A stretch of DNA of 64,000 nt, taken from Solirubrobacterales bacterium (GTDB lineage: Bacteria; Actinomycetota; Thermoleophilia; Solirubrobacterales; Solirubrobacteraceae). Under the pieces are notes generated by a model, which was not told the DNA's origin, did no database searches, and was given only the letters and a program-made list of their open reading frames with translations. Positions 34,058-42,646 of the stretch are shown in pieces. Made by a program: the position numbers and the translations under genes. The stretch spans positions 1,820-65,819 of the forward strand of contig JAFAZV010000085.1 of assembly GCA_019239445.1 (NCBI GenBank). The letters are read 5' to 3'. How positions within the stretch are numbered: position 1 is the stretch's first letter; every line of letters begins with the position of its first letter.

Positions 34058-37000
34058 ATGACTGACTACATGGAAAACGCCGTGGCCATTGTCGGCCTCG
34101 GCGCGATCATGCCCGACGCGCCGAACGCCCCCGCGTTCTGGGACAACGTGAACGCCGGCCGGTACTCGATCAGCGAGGTCGATCCCACCCGCTGGGACCC
34201 GGACATCTACTACGACCCGGATCCGCATGCGCCCGAGAAGAGCTACTCGAAGATCGGCGGTTGGGTGCGCGACTGGGAGTGGAACCCCCTGGCCTGGAAG
34301 CTGCCGATCCCGCCCAAGGTCGCCGAGGCCATGGATGACGCCCACAAGTGGGGTGTCGCGTGCACGCGGATGGCGCTGATGGACGCCGGCTGGCCCGAGC
34401 GGCCACTCGACCTCGACCGCACCGCGGTGATCATCGGCAACGCGATCTCAGGCGAGAAGCACTATCTCACCGCGATGCGGGTGATGTTCCCCGAGCTGGC
34501 GCGCGAGCTGGAGCAGACTGAGAGCTTCAGTGCCCTACCCGCGGAGGCGCAGAAGAAGATTGAGGCCGAGCTGCGGGCGAGAATCGAGGATTGGCTGCCC
34601 GTCATCACCGAGGACACGATGCCGGGCGAGCTGGGCAACTGCATCGCCGGGCGGGTGGCCAACCTGTTCAATACCCACGGCCCAAACTTCACCACCGACG
34701 CGGCCTGCGCATCGGCGCTGGCGGCAATGGACGCCACGCTGGACGGGTTGCTGGCGCGCGAGTTCGACGTCGCGATCACGGGCGGGATCGATCGCAACAT
34801 GGCCGCCCACACGTTCGCCAAGTTCTGCGCCATCGGCGCGCTGTCGCCCACCGGGACGCGTCCGTACTCCGATGGCGCCGACGGGTTCGTGATGGGTGAA
34901 GGCGCAGCGATCTTCATCGTCAAGCGGCTCGCCGACGCGGTTCGCGACGAGGACCGGATCTACGCCGTGGTGCGCGGCGTGGGCAGCTCGAGCGACGGCA
35001 AGGGCAAGGGCATCACGGCGCCGAACCCGATCGGGCAGCGCTTTGCGGTCGAGCGCGCGTGGCGCAACTCGGGCCTTTCGCCCGCGGAGTGCACCCTGCT
35101 CGAGGGGCACGGAACCTCGACGCGCGTGGGCGACGCCGTCGAGCTGGGCGCCCTGATGGAAGCCTTCTCCGGCGCGCATCTGGCCCCCGGTTCGATCGCC
35201 CTCGGGTCAGTCAAGTCGAACATCGGCCACCTCAAGGCGGGGGCAGGAGCGGCGGGAATGCTCAAGACGACCCTCGCGCTGCACAACAAGGTGCTGCCTC
35301 CGAGCATCAACTTCGAGCGCCCCAACCCCAACCTCGACTGGAGCGTCTCTCCGTTCAAGGTCAACACCGAGCTGCGCGAGTGGGAGGTTCCCGCCAGTCG
35401 CGCGCGTGTGGCCGGCGTCAGCGCGTTCGGCTTCGGCGGAACGAACTTCCACGTCGTCATGGAGGAGTACATGCCCGACCGTCCCAAGCCCAACGGCCAT
35501 CGTGTCGCCTCCGCCCGCTCGGCCGCTGCCGCCGACGGCGCCTCGGCTGCTGCCGCCGCCGGCGCCTCCGCGGCGCCGCTTCCGAGCCCGGGAAGTCCCG
35601 CTGCGCCTCCTGGATCCGGCAAGCCTCCGTTGCGGGGGGCGCTCGTGCTGGGAGCCGAGAGCGAGGAGGCGCTCGCCAACGAGCTGCGCAGCGCGATCGC
35701 CGAAGCGCGTCAAGGCCGGCACCTCGATCCGACCCCGCCCGCCAGCGCCACCCTTCGCGCACCCGAGCGGATCGCGATCGACTACGGCAACGGTGATGAG
35801 CTGGTCTCCAAGGCCGAGATGGCGCTGCGCGTGCTGAAGTCCGGGAACCCGGCAGCGTGGCCGGCACTGCGGGCGCGCGGGATCCACCGCGGCAGCGGCG
35901 CGCCGGCCAAAGTCGCCTTCCTGTTTACCGGGCAGGGATCGCAGTACGCCAACATGCTCGGCGTCCTGCGCGAGCGCGAGCCAGTCGTGGCCGAGCTGTT
36001 CGACGAGGCCGACGAGATCATGCTGCCGCTGCTCGAAGGTCGCCGCCTGTCGGAGATCATCTTCGCCAAGCGCGATGACCCGGCCGATGCGGCTCGGGTC
36101 GAGGAGGAGCTCCGCCGCACCGAGATCCAGCAGCCGGCCGTGATCACGGTGGACATGGCGCTGACCCGGCTCCTGGGCGAGTTCGGCATCCACCCCGACA
36201 TGGTCATGGGGCATTCGGTGGGCGAGTACGGTGCGATGGTCGCTGCCGGCGGGCTGACGTTCGAGCAGGCGCTCGAGGCGGTCAGCGCCCGAGGCCGTGA
36301 GATGGCGAGCCTTCAGGTCGACGATCCGGGGCGGATGATCGCGGTCCTGGCGCCGCTCGAGGAGGTGCAGGAGCTCGTGGGCTCAGTCGAGGGCTACGTA
36401 GTCTTGGCGAACGTCAACTCCACGCACCAGGTGGTCATCGGCGGCGCCACCGAGGCGGCCGAGAAGGCGACCGAGTTGCTCAAGGAGCGGGGGCACACGG
36501 CGATTCCACTGCCGGTCAGCCACGCCTTCCACACCGAGATCGTCGCGCCGGCCAGCGTTCCGCTGCGCGCGATGCTCAAGCGCCTGGGTCTGCGCGCCCC
36601 GCAGCTGCCTACGGTGGCGAACGTCACCGGCGAGCTGTATCCGACCGGCGACGGCGCAGCCGAGCAGATCCTCGACACGCTGGCCCGGCAGGTCGCCTCG
36701 CCGGTGCAGTTCGTCAAGGGGCTGCGGACGCTGTATGACCAGGGTGCGCGGGTGTTCGTCGAGGTGGGGCCCAAGCACGCGCTGCAGGGCTTCGCTTCCG
36801 ACGTCCTCGGCGACGACAACGTCGTCAGCCTCGCCACCAACCATCCCAAGCAGGGCGACGTTCCGACGTTCAACAACGCCCTTTGCGGGCTGTGGGCGGC
36901 CGGTCTGGGCACCGGCCGGGATCCCGTGCCGCGCGAGGTCGCGGCGCTCGCACCCGGAGGCACGGCGCAGCCTCGCGCGGTGGCGCCGGCGGCGCCACCA

Positions 37001-40000
37001 GCGCATGCTCGTCTCAGCGACGCCGCTCCGGCCCCGGCCGCTCCCGCGCCGAGCACCCCGGTCGACGACGATCTCGAGCAGCTGTTCAGCGACTTCCTCG
37101 AGCGCGGACGCCGGCTGATGGCGGCCCGAGGCGGCGACGGCCTGCGCGTCAGCGAGCCGGTGGTGATCACTGGCGCCGCGCTCGGGCTTCCGGGACACGA
37201 GCGCCTGTTCGACGACGCCAACATCGCGGCGCTGCTGAACGGCGAGCAGGGAATCGACGTGATCCCGGGTCGGCTGCGCCGCGAGATGCTCGACAAGCAC
37301 ATCACCCGCCTGGTTAAGGGCGAGGACGGCGGAGCCAACTTCGAGACCATCGACCGGCTCGAGGCGGTGATCAAGCTCGCCGCGCGCGCAGGGTCGTTCG
37401 ATCTTGGGGAGGAGTTCGGCGTCGACGCCGAGCGGCTCGCGGCGCTGGGCCGCGACACCCAGCTCGCGATCGCGGCCGGGATCGACGCGCTGCGCGACGC
37501 GGGGATCCCGCTCGTGCTCCGCTACAAGACGACCACCACCGGCTCGAAGCTGCCGGACCGCTGGTCGCTGCCGGAGTCGATGCGCGATGACACCGGGGTG
37601 ATCTTCGCCTCCGCGTTCCCCGGTCTCGAGGAGATGGCGGCCGAGGCCGAGCGCTACACGACCGACAAGATGCGGCGCGAGCGGATGGCCGCGCTCGAGT
37701 CGCTGCGGGCGCGAATGCTCGACCACGGCGACACCGACCGGGTCGTGCTCACCGAGGTCGAGCGGCGAATCCACGATCTCGGGCGGTTGCTCGAGGAGGA
37801 GCCCTACACGTTCGATCGCCGCTTCCTGTTCCGCATCCTGTCGATGGGCCACGCGCAGTTCGCCGAGCTGATCGGGGCGCGGGGGCCGAACACCCAGCTC
37901 AACGCCGCGTGCGCCTCGACGACACAGGCGATCGCGCTGGCCGAGGACTGGATCCGCGCCGGCCGCTGCCGCCGGGTGGTGATCGTGGCCGCCGACGACG
38001 CAACCTCGGACACGATGATGGGCTGGATCGGCGCCGGCTTCCTGGCCAGCGGCGCGGCGGCCACCGACGAGGTCGTCGAGGAGGCTGCCCTGCCGTTCGA
38101 CGAGCGTCGCCACGGGATGATCATCGGAATGGGCGCGGCTGGGCTGATCGTCGAGGCCGCGGCGAGCGCGCGCGAACGCGGGCTGCAGCCGATCTGCGAG
38201 GTCCTGGGAGCCGTGACCGCCAACTCCGCCTTCCACGGCACGCGGCTCGACGTCTCGCATATCGGCGCCGTGATGGAGCAGGTGGTGCGCCAGGCTGAGC
38301 GCCGCGGCCTGCGGCGGCAGGACCTGGCGCCGGAGACGGTGTTCGTCTCGCACGAGACCTACACCCCCGCCCGCGGCGGGAGCGCCGCGGCGGAGATCCA
38401 CGCTCTGCGCCAGGTGTTCGGCGACAGCGCCGAGCGCATCGTGATTGCGAACACGAAGGGCTTCACCGGCCATCCGATGGGGGTCGGGCTCGAGGACGTG
38501 ATGGCGATCAAGGCGCTCGAGACTGGCGTCGTGCCGCCGGTACCGAACTTCCAGATTCCCGACCCGGAGCTCGGCGAGCTCAACCTGTCTCACGGCGGCG
38601 CGTACCCGATCCGCTATGCGCTGCGGCTGGCCGCCGGTTTCGGCTCGCAGATCTCGATGGCGCTGTTGCGCTGGACGCCGGCAGTCGACGGACGCCGCCG
38701 CGGCGTCGACGAGCTGGGCTACGAGTACCGGTTAGCCGACCGGTCAGCCTGGACCAGTTGGCTGACCCAGGCCAGCGGCTACACCGAGCCGACGCTCGAG
38801 GTCGTGCAGCACCGTCTGCGCGTGGCCGATCAAGGCCCGCCAGCCGGTGTCGTGCACGAGCCGGCGGCGCTGTCGGATGCGGCGCCGGCGGAGATCGAGC
38901 TCGACGCACCGGCGGTGGCCGGGGCGGTGGCGGCTGCCCCGGCCCCGCCGTTGGCGGCCGAGGCGGCCGCGGCGCCGGCGGAACCTGCGGCGCCGGCGGA
39001 ACCTGCCGCGCCGGCGGAACCTGCCGCGCCGGCGGAACCCGCGGCACCGGCGCAACCACCTCCCGCCGTCCCGGCTGCCGTGGCCGAGGAGCTCGCCGAA
39101 CCCGCGACAGGCGCCGCGCCGGCCGGCGGCGTCGAGCAGCGCGTGCTCGACATCGTCGCCGAGCAGACCGGGTACCCGTCCGACCTGCTCGACATGGACC
39201 TCGACCTCGAAGCCGACCTCGGCATCGACACCGTCAAGCAAGCCGAGGTGTTCGCCACCATCCGCGACGCCTACGGGATCGAACGCGACGACGCGCTCAA
39301 GCTCCGCGACTACCCCACGCTCGACCACGTCGTCGGATTCGTCCGCGAGCGCGCGCCCGAGGCCGCCGGCGCGGAATCCGCCGAGGCTCCGGCGCCAGCA
39401 CCAGCGTCGGCGCCAGCGCCGGCACCGCCGCCTGCGGCCGACGCCACCCCCGCTCCTCCGCCCCCCGGCGGCCGCGACGCGGTCGAGCAGAAGGTGCTCG
39501 ACATCGTCGCCGAGCAGACCGGCTACCCGCCCGACCTGCTCGACATGGACCTCGACCTCGAAGCCGACCTCGGGATCGACACCGTCAAGCAAGCCGAAGT
39601 GTTCGCCACCATCCGCGAGGCCTACGGGATCGAACGCGACGACGCCCTGAAGCTCCGCGACTACCCGACACTCGACCACGTCGTCGGATTCGTCCGGGAA
39701 CGCGGACCGCGGGGCGCCGCCGGCGCGCACCCGACCGCGACGCCGGAGCCGACACCGGTGCAACCGAGCAAAGCAACCGCGAAGGCGGCTGAGACCGGTC
39801 CGTCGACGTCCGGGGAAGCGGTCGAGCAGAAGGTGCTCCACATCGTCGCCGAGCAGACCGGCTACCCGTCCGACCTGCTCGACATGGACCTCGACCTCGA
39901 AGCCGACCTCGGAATCGACACCGTCAAGCAAGCCGAAGTGTTCGCCACCATCCGCGAGGCCTACGGGATCGAACGCGACGACGCGCTCAAGCTCCGCGAC

Positions 40001-42640
40001 TACCCGACACTCAACCACGTCGTCGGATTCGTGCGGGAACGCACGCCCCAGGAGGCCGAAGCGGGCGCGCCGCCTGCCGCAGACGAAGCGCCGGCTACCA
40101 CCAAGCCGGCGCCGGCTCCGCTGGAGGCGGCCGACGACCAGCGCTTCCCGCGCCGCATCCCGGTCCCGGTTCTGCGCCCGCCGCTCGATCTCTGCGTCCC
40201 GACCGGCGTGACGCTCGGCGAGGGCAGTCGCGTCGTCCTGATGCCGGACGCCGCCGGCGCCGGAAAGGCGCTTGCCGAGCGCCTGAAGAAGCTCGACGCC
40301 GAGGTGCTGACGATCGACGGCGCTCCCGACATCGAAACGCTCGAACAGCAGCTCGCCGAGTGGTCGGCGGGCGGCCCGATCCAAGGCGTCTTCTGGCTCG
40401 CCGGCCTCGATGACGAAGGCCCGCTGGACACGCTCGACGCCGGGGCACGCCGAGACGCGCTCCACGTGCGCGTCAAGCTGCTGGCGGCGGCGATGCGCGC
40501 CCTAGCCGACGAGCGAACCTTCCTCGTCAGCGCCACGCGGCTCGGCGGACGGCACGGTTACGACGCCGGCGGCGCCCGCGGCATCTTCGGCGGCGCCGTG
40601 ACCGGATTCACCAAGGCGCTGTCGCAGGAGCGTCCGGACGCGCTGATCAAGACGATCGACTTCGACGACGCCAAGCCGAAGGCAATCGCCGAGACGCTTC
40701 TCAACGAGACGCTGACCGACCCCGGCGCGGTTGAGATCGGGCACGCCGAGGATCTGCGCTGGTCGGTGGGCCTGGTCGAGCAGGCGGCGCGGCACGACGC
40801 GGCCAGAGAGCTGACCAAGGACACCGTGTTCATGGTCACCGGGGCGGCCGGGAGCATCGTCGCCGCGATCATCGGCGACCTGGCGGCGGCGTCCGGCGGA
40901 ACGTTCCACCTGCTCGACCTGGTGGCGGCGCCGGATCCGGCTGACCCGGACCTGGAGAAGTTCGTCAGCGACCGCGAAGCGCTGGGGCGCGAGCTCGCCG
41001 ATCGGATCCGCGAGAAGGGTGAGCGCCCGACGCCGAAGCTGGTCGAGCGCGAGCTGGCGCGGATCGAGCGTGGCCGCGCCGCGCTCGACGCAATCGGAGC
41101 CATCGAGCGTGCCGGCGGCCAGGCCTTCTGGCACCAGGTCGACCTGACCGATGCGGACAAAGTCGCCGCCGCGGTTGCGGACAGCGGCCCGATCGACGTG
41201 CTGCTGCACTGCGCCGGCGTCGAGATCAGCCACTTCCTGCCCGACAAGCCGCAGCGCGAGTACGACCTCGTGTTCGATGTCAAGGCACATGGGTGGCTGA
41301 ACCTCCTGGCCGCATTGGGCACCGCCGGGAACGGCGAACGCCGCCCGCCCCACACCGCGGTCGTGTTCAGCTCGATCGCCGGGCGCTTCGGCAACGGCGG
41401 TCAAACCGACTACTCGGCCGCGAACGACCTGTTGTGCAAGAGCATCTCGCAGATGCGCCGGATCGGGGACACCCGCGGCGTCGCGATCGACTGGACGGCT
41501 TGGGCGCAGATCGGCATGGCCAGCCGTGGCTCGATCCCGAAGATGATGGAGGCAGCGGGGATCGACATGCTCCCGCCCGAGGTCGGCATCCCGGTCGTGC
41601 GGCGCGAGCTCACCGCCGCCGGCGCGGGCACGGAGGTGGTGACCGCCGGGTCGCTTGGGATCCTCACGCAGGAGCGCCACGAGGCCGGCGGCCTCGACGT
41701 CCCGCGCGCGAGCGCGGCCGTGGCCGAGCACACGGGGCCGATGACCGGCACGATCAGCGCCTTCGCCCGCGACGGCGTCCTCACCGTCACCACGGAGCTC
41801 GACCCCACCCGGCAGGCGTTCCTCTACGACCATCGCATCGACGGCACGCCGGTGCTGCCGGGTGTCATGGGAATGGAGGCGTTCGCCGAGATCGCGAGCG
41901 TGCTCGTGCCGGGCTACAAGGTCATCGAGCTGGCTGACGTCGAGCTGCTGGCGCCGTTTAAGTTCTACCGCGACGAACCGCGAACCGCGATCCTGCGTGC
42001 TCGGCTGCGCGCAAGCGGCGACGAGCGCGTGCTCGCCGAATGTGAGCTCATCGGCCGCCGGGAGCTGCGCGGGAAGGGCGAGCAGGAGACCCGGCATTTC
42101 ACCGGGCTCGTCCGCCTGGCCCGCAAAGCGCCGTCGGCGCCAAAGGCCTCCGGCGCCCCGGTCGAGGCCGACAAGCAAGCCGACGGCGGCGTCGGTCGCG
42201 AGGAGGTCTACAGGGTCCTCTTCCACGGGCCGGCGTACCAGGTGCTCGAACAGGCCTGGCACGACAACGGCCACATCGTGGGCAGGCTCGCGGCTGAGCT
42301 GCCGGCTGACCACGAGCCACCCGAGCAGCCGATGGAGCTGGCTCCGCGTGTGATCGAGCTCTGCTTCCAGACCGCCGGCGTGTGGGAGCTCGCCACCGCC
42401 GGCAGGATGGGCCTCCCGACCCACGTCGACCGGGTGGTTCGCTTCCCGATGGGCAAGAAGGAGGAAAAGCTCTGGGCCGTCGTCACCCCGCGTGAGGCTG
42501 GTGCCGGGGTCGATGCCGAGGTGGTCGACGAGTCCGGACGAGTTCGGCTGAGGCTCGAGGGCTACCGGACGATCGAGATGCCGGGCGAGCCGGAGGCCGG
42601 GGCGCTTGCGCCGATCCGCAGCGCAATGGGCAACGGCTGA
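34058..42640 (+). CDS. iterative type I PKS/FAS, PfaA-related: KS-AT-KS-ACP-ACP-ACP-KR-DH (no ER, no TE)
   Basis: KS1 DAACAS/GHGTST/NIGH; AT GQGSQ/GHSVG/HAFH; KS2 NAACAS/SHETYT/TGHPMG; 3x DLGIDTVKQAE; KR TGAAGSI/FSS/YSAAN; DH HRIDGTPVLP and ELCFQ. Confidence 0.93.
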   Translation: MTDYMENAVAIVGLGAIMPDAPNAPAFWDNVNAGRYSISEVDPTRWDPDIYYDPDPHAPEKSYSKIGGWVRDWEWNPLAWKLPIPPKVAEAMDDAHKWGVACTRMALMDAGWPERPLDLDRTAVIIGNAISGEKHYLTAMRVMFPELARELEQTESFSALPAEAQKKIEAELRARIEDWLPVITEDTMPGELGNCIAGRVANLFNTHGPNFTTDAACASALAAMDATLDGLLAREFDVAITGGIDRNMAAHTFAKFCAIGALSPTGTRPYSDGADGFVMGEGAAIFIVKRLADAVRDEDRIYAVVRGVGSSSDGKGKGITAPNPIGQRFAVERAWRNSGLSPAECTLLEGHGTSTRVGDAVELGALMEAFSGAHLAPGSIALGSVKSNIGHLKAGAGAAGMLKTTLALHNKVLPPSINFERPNPNLDWSVSPFKVNTELREWEVPASRARVAGVSAFGFGGTNFHVVMEEYMPDRPKPNGHRVASARSAAAADGASAAAAAGASAAPLPSPGSPAAPPGSGKPPLRGALVLGAESEEALANELRSAIAEARQGRHLDPTPPASATLRAPERIAIDYGNGDELVSKAEMALRVLKSGNPAAWPALRARGIHRGSGAPAKVAFLFTGQGSQYANMLGVLREREPVVAELFDEADEIMLPLLEGRRLSEIIFAKRDDPADAARVEEELRRTEIQQPAVITVDMALTRLLGEFGIHPDMVMGHSVGEYGAMVAAGGLTFEQALEAVSARGREMASLQVDDPGRMIAVLAPLEEVQELVGSVEGYVVLANVNSTHQVVIGGATEAAEKATELLKERGHTAIPLPVSHAFHTEIVAPASVPLRAMLKRLGLRAPQLPTVANVTGELYPTGDGAAEQILDTLARQVASPVQFVKGLRTLYDQGARVFVEVGPKHALQGFASDVLGDDNVVSLATNHPKQGDVPTFNNALCGLWAAGLGTGRDPVPREVAALAPGGTAQPRAVAPAAPPAHARLSDAAPAPAAPAPSTPVDDDLEQLFSDFLERGRRLMAARGGDGLRVSEPVVITGAALGLPGHERLFDDANIAALLNGEQGIDVIPGRLRREMLDKHITRLVKGEDGGANFETIDRLEAVIKLAARAGSFDLGEEFGVDAERLAALGRDTQLAIAAGIDALRDAGIPLVLRYKTTTTGSKLPDRWSLPESMRDDTGVIFASAFPGLEEMAAEAERYTTDKMRRERMAALESLRARMLDHGDTDRVVLTEVERRIHDLGRLLEEEPYTFDRRFLFRILSMGHAQFAELIGARGPNTQLNAACASTTQAIALAEDWIRAGRCRRVVIVAADDATSDTMMGWIGAGFLASGAAATDEVVEEAALPFDERRHGMIIGMGAAGLIVEAAASARERGLQPICEVLGAVTANSAFHGTRLDVSHIGAVMEQVVRQAERRGLRRQDLAPETVFVSHETYTPARGGSAAAEIHALRQVFGDSAERIVIANTKGFTGHPMGVGLEDVMAIKALETGVVPPVPNFQIPDPELGELNLSHGGAYPIRYALRLAAGFGSQISMALLRWTPAVDGRRRGVDELGYEYRLADRSAWTSWLTQASGYTEPTLEVVQHRLRVADQGPPAGVVHEPAALSDAAPAEIELDAPAVAGAVAAAPAPPLAAEAAAAPAEPAAPAEPAAPAEPAAPAEPAAPAQPPPAVPAAVAEELAEPATGAAPAGGVEQRVLDIVAEQTGYPSDLLDMDLDLEADLGIDTVKQAEVFATIRDAYGIERDDALKLRDYPTLDHVVGFVRERAPEAAGAESAEAPAPAPASAPAPAPPPAADATPAPPPPGGRDAVEQKVLDIVAEQTGYPPDLLDMDLDLEADLGIDTVKQAEVFATIREAYGIERDDALKLRDYPTLDHVVGFVRERGPRGAAGAHPTATPEPTPVQPSKATAKAAETGPSTSGEAVEQKVLHIVAEQTGYPSDLLDMDLDLEADLGIDTVKQAEVFATIREAYGIERDDALKLRDYPTLNHVVGFVRERTPQEAEAGAPPAADEAPATTKPAPAPLEAADDQRFPRRIPVPVLRPPLDLCVPTGVTLGEGSRVVLMPDAAGAGKALAERLKKLDAEVLTIDGAPDIETLEQQLAEWSAGGPIQGVFWLAGLDDEGPLDTLDAGARRDALHVRVKLLAAAMRALADERTFLVSATRLGGRHGYDAGGARGIFGGAVTGFTKALSQERPDALIKTIDFDDAKPKAIAETLLNETLTDPGAVEIGHAEDLRWSVGLVEQAARHDAARELTKDTVFMVTGAAGSIVAAIIGDLAAASGGTFHLLDLVAAPDPADPDLEKFVSDREALGRELADRIREKGERPTPKLVERELARIERGRAALDAIGAIERAGGQAFWHQVDLTDADKVAAAVADSGPIDVLLHCAGVEISHFLPDKPQREYDLVFDVKAHGWLNLLAALGTAGNGERRPPHTAVVFSSIAGRFGNGGQTDYSAANDLLCKSISQMRRIGDTRGVAIDWTAWAQIGMASRGSIPKMMEAAGIDMLPPEVGIPVVRRELTAAGAGTEVVTAGSLGILTQERHEAGGLDVPRASAAVAEHTGPMTGTISAFARDGVLTVTTELDPTRQAFLYDHRIDGTPVLPGVMGMEAFAEIASVLVPGYKVIELADVELLAPFKFYRDEPRTAILRARLRASGDERVLAECELIGRRELRGKGEQETRHFTGLVRLARKAPSAPKASGAPVEADKQADGGVGREEVYRVLFHGPAYQVLEQAWHDNGHIVGRLAAELPADHEPPEQPMELAPRVIELCFQTAGVWELATAGRMGLPTHVDRVVRFPMGKKEEKLWAVVTPREAGAGVDAEVVDESGRVRLRLEGYRTIEMPGEPEAGALAPIRSAMGNG
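38972..39058 (+). repeat. 18-bp tandem repeat (about 5 units) encoding an (APAEPA)n linker
   Basis: Units of gcgccggcggaacc(t/c)gc(g/c) start at 38972, 38990, 39008, 39026, with a degenerate unit at 39044. Confidence 0.9.
39131..40042 (+). repeat. three near-identical 222-bp ACP-coding repeats (39131-39352, 39482-39703, 39821-40042)
   Basis: VEQ.VL.IVAEQTGYP.DLLDMDLDLEADLGIDTVKQAEVFATIR.AYGIERDDALKLRDYPTL.HVVGFVRER three times, separated by Pro/Ala linkers. Confidence 0.95.
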
Positions 42641-42646
42641 GCCCTG

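Noticed and set aside
38972-40042. CRISPR-like or mobile-element repeats
   Set aside because: The repeats are in-frame coding units (linker and ACP domains) with no spacer structure and no cas or transposase genes.
34058-42640. Canonical PUFA synthase (pfaA) call
   Set aside because: No PfaB/PfaC (KS-CLF, FabA-type DH) or PfaD enoyl reductase is present; the extra internal KS and Thr-type ACPs differ from PfaA.
34058-42640. PKS as a pseudogene because the ACP Ser is missing
   Set aside because: The 8.6-kb frame is uninterrupted, KS/AT/KR/DH catalytic residues are intact, and the carboxylase and PPTase are intact. Not fully excluded without homologues.
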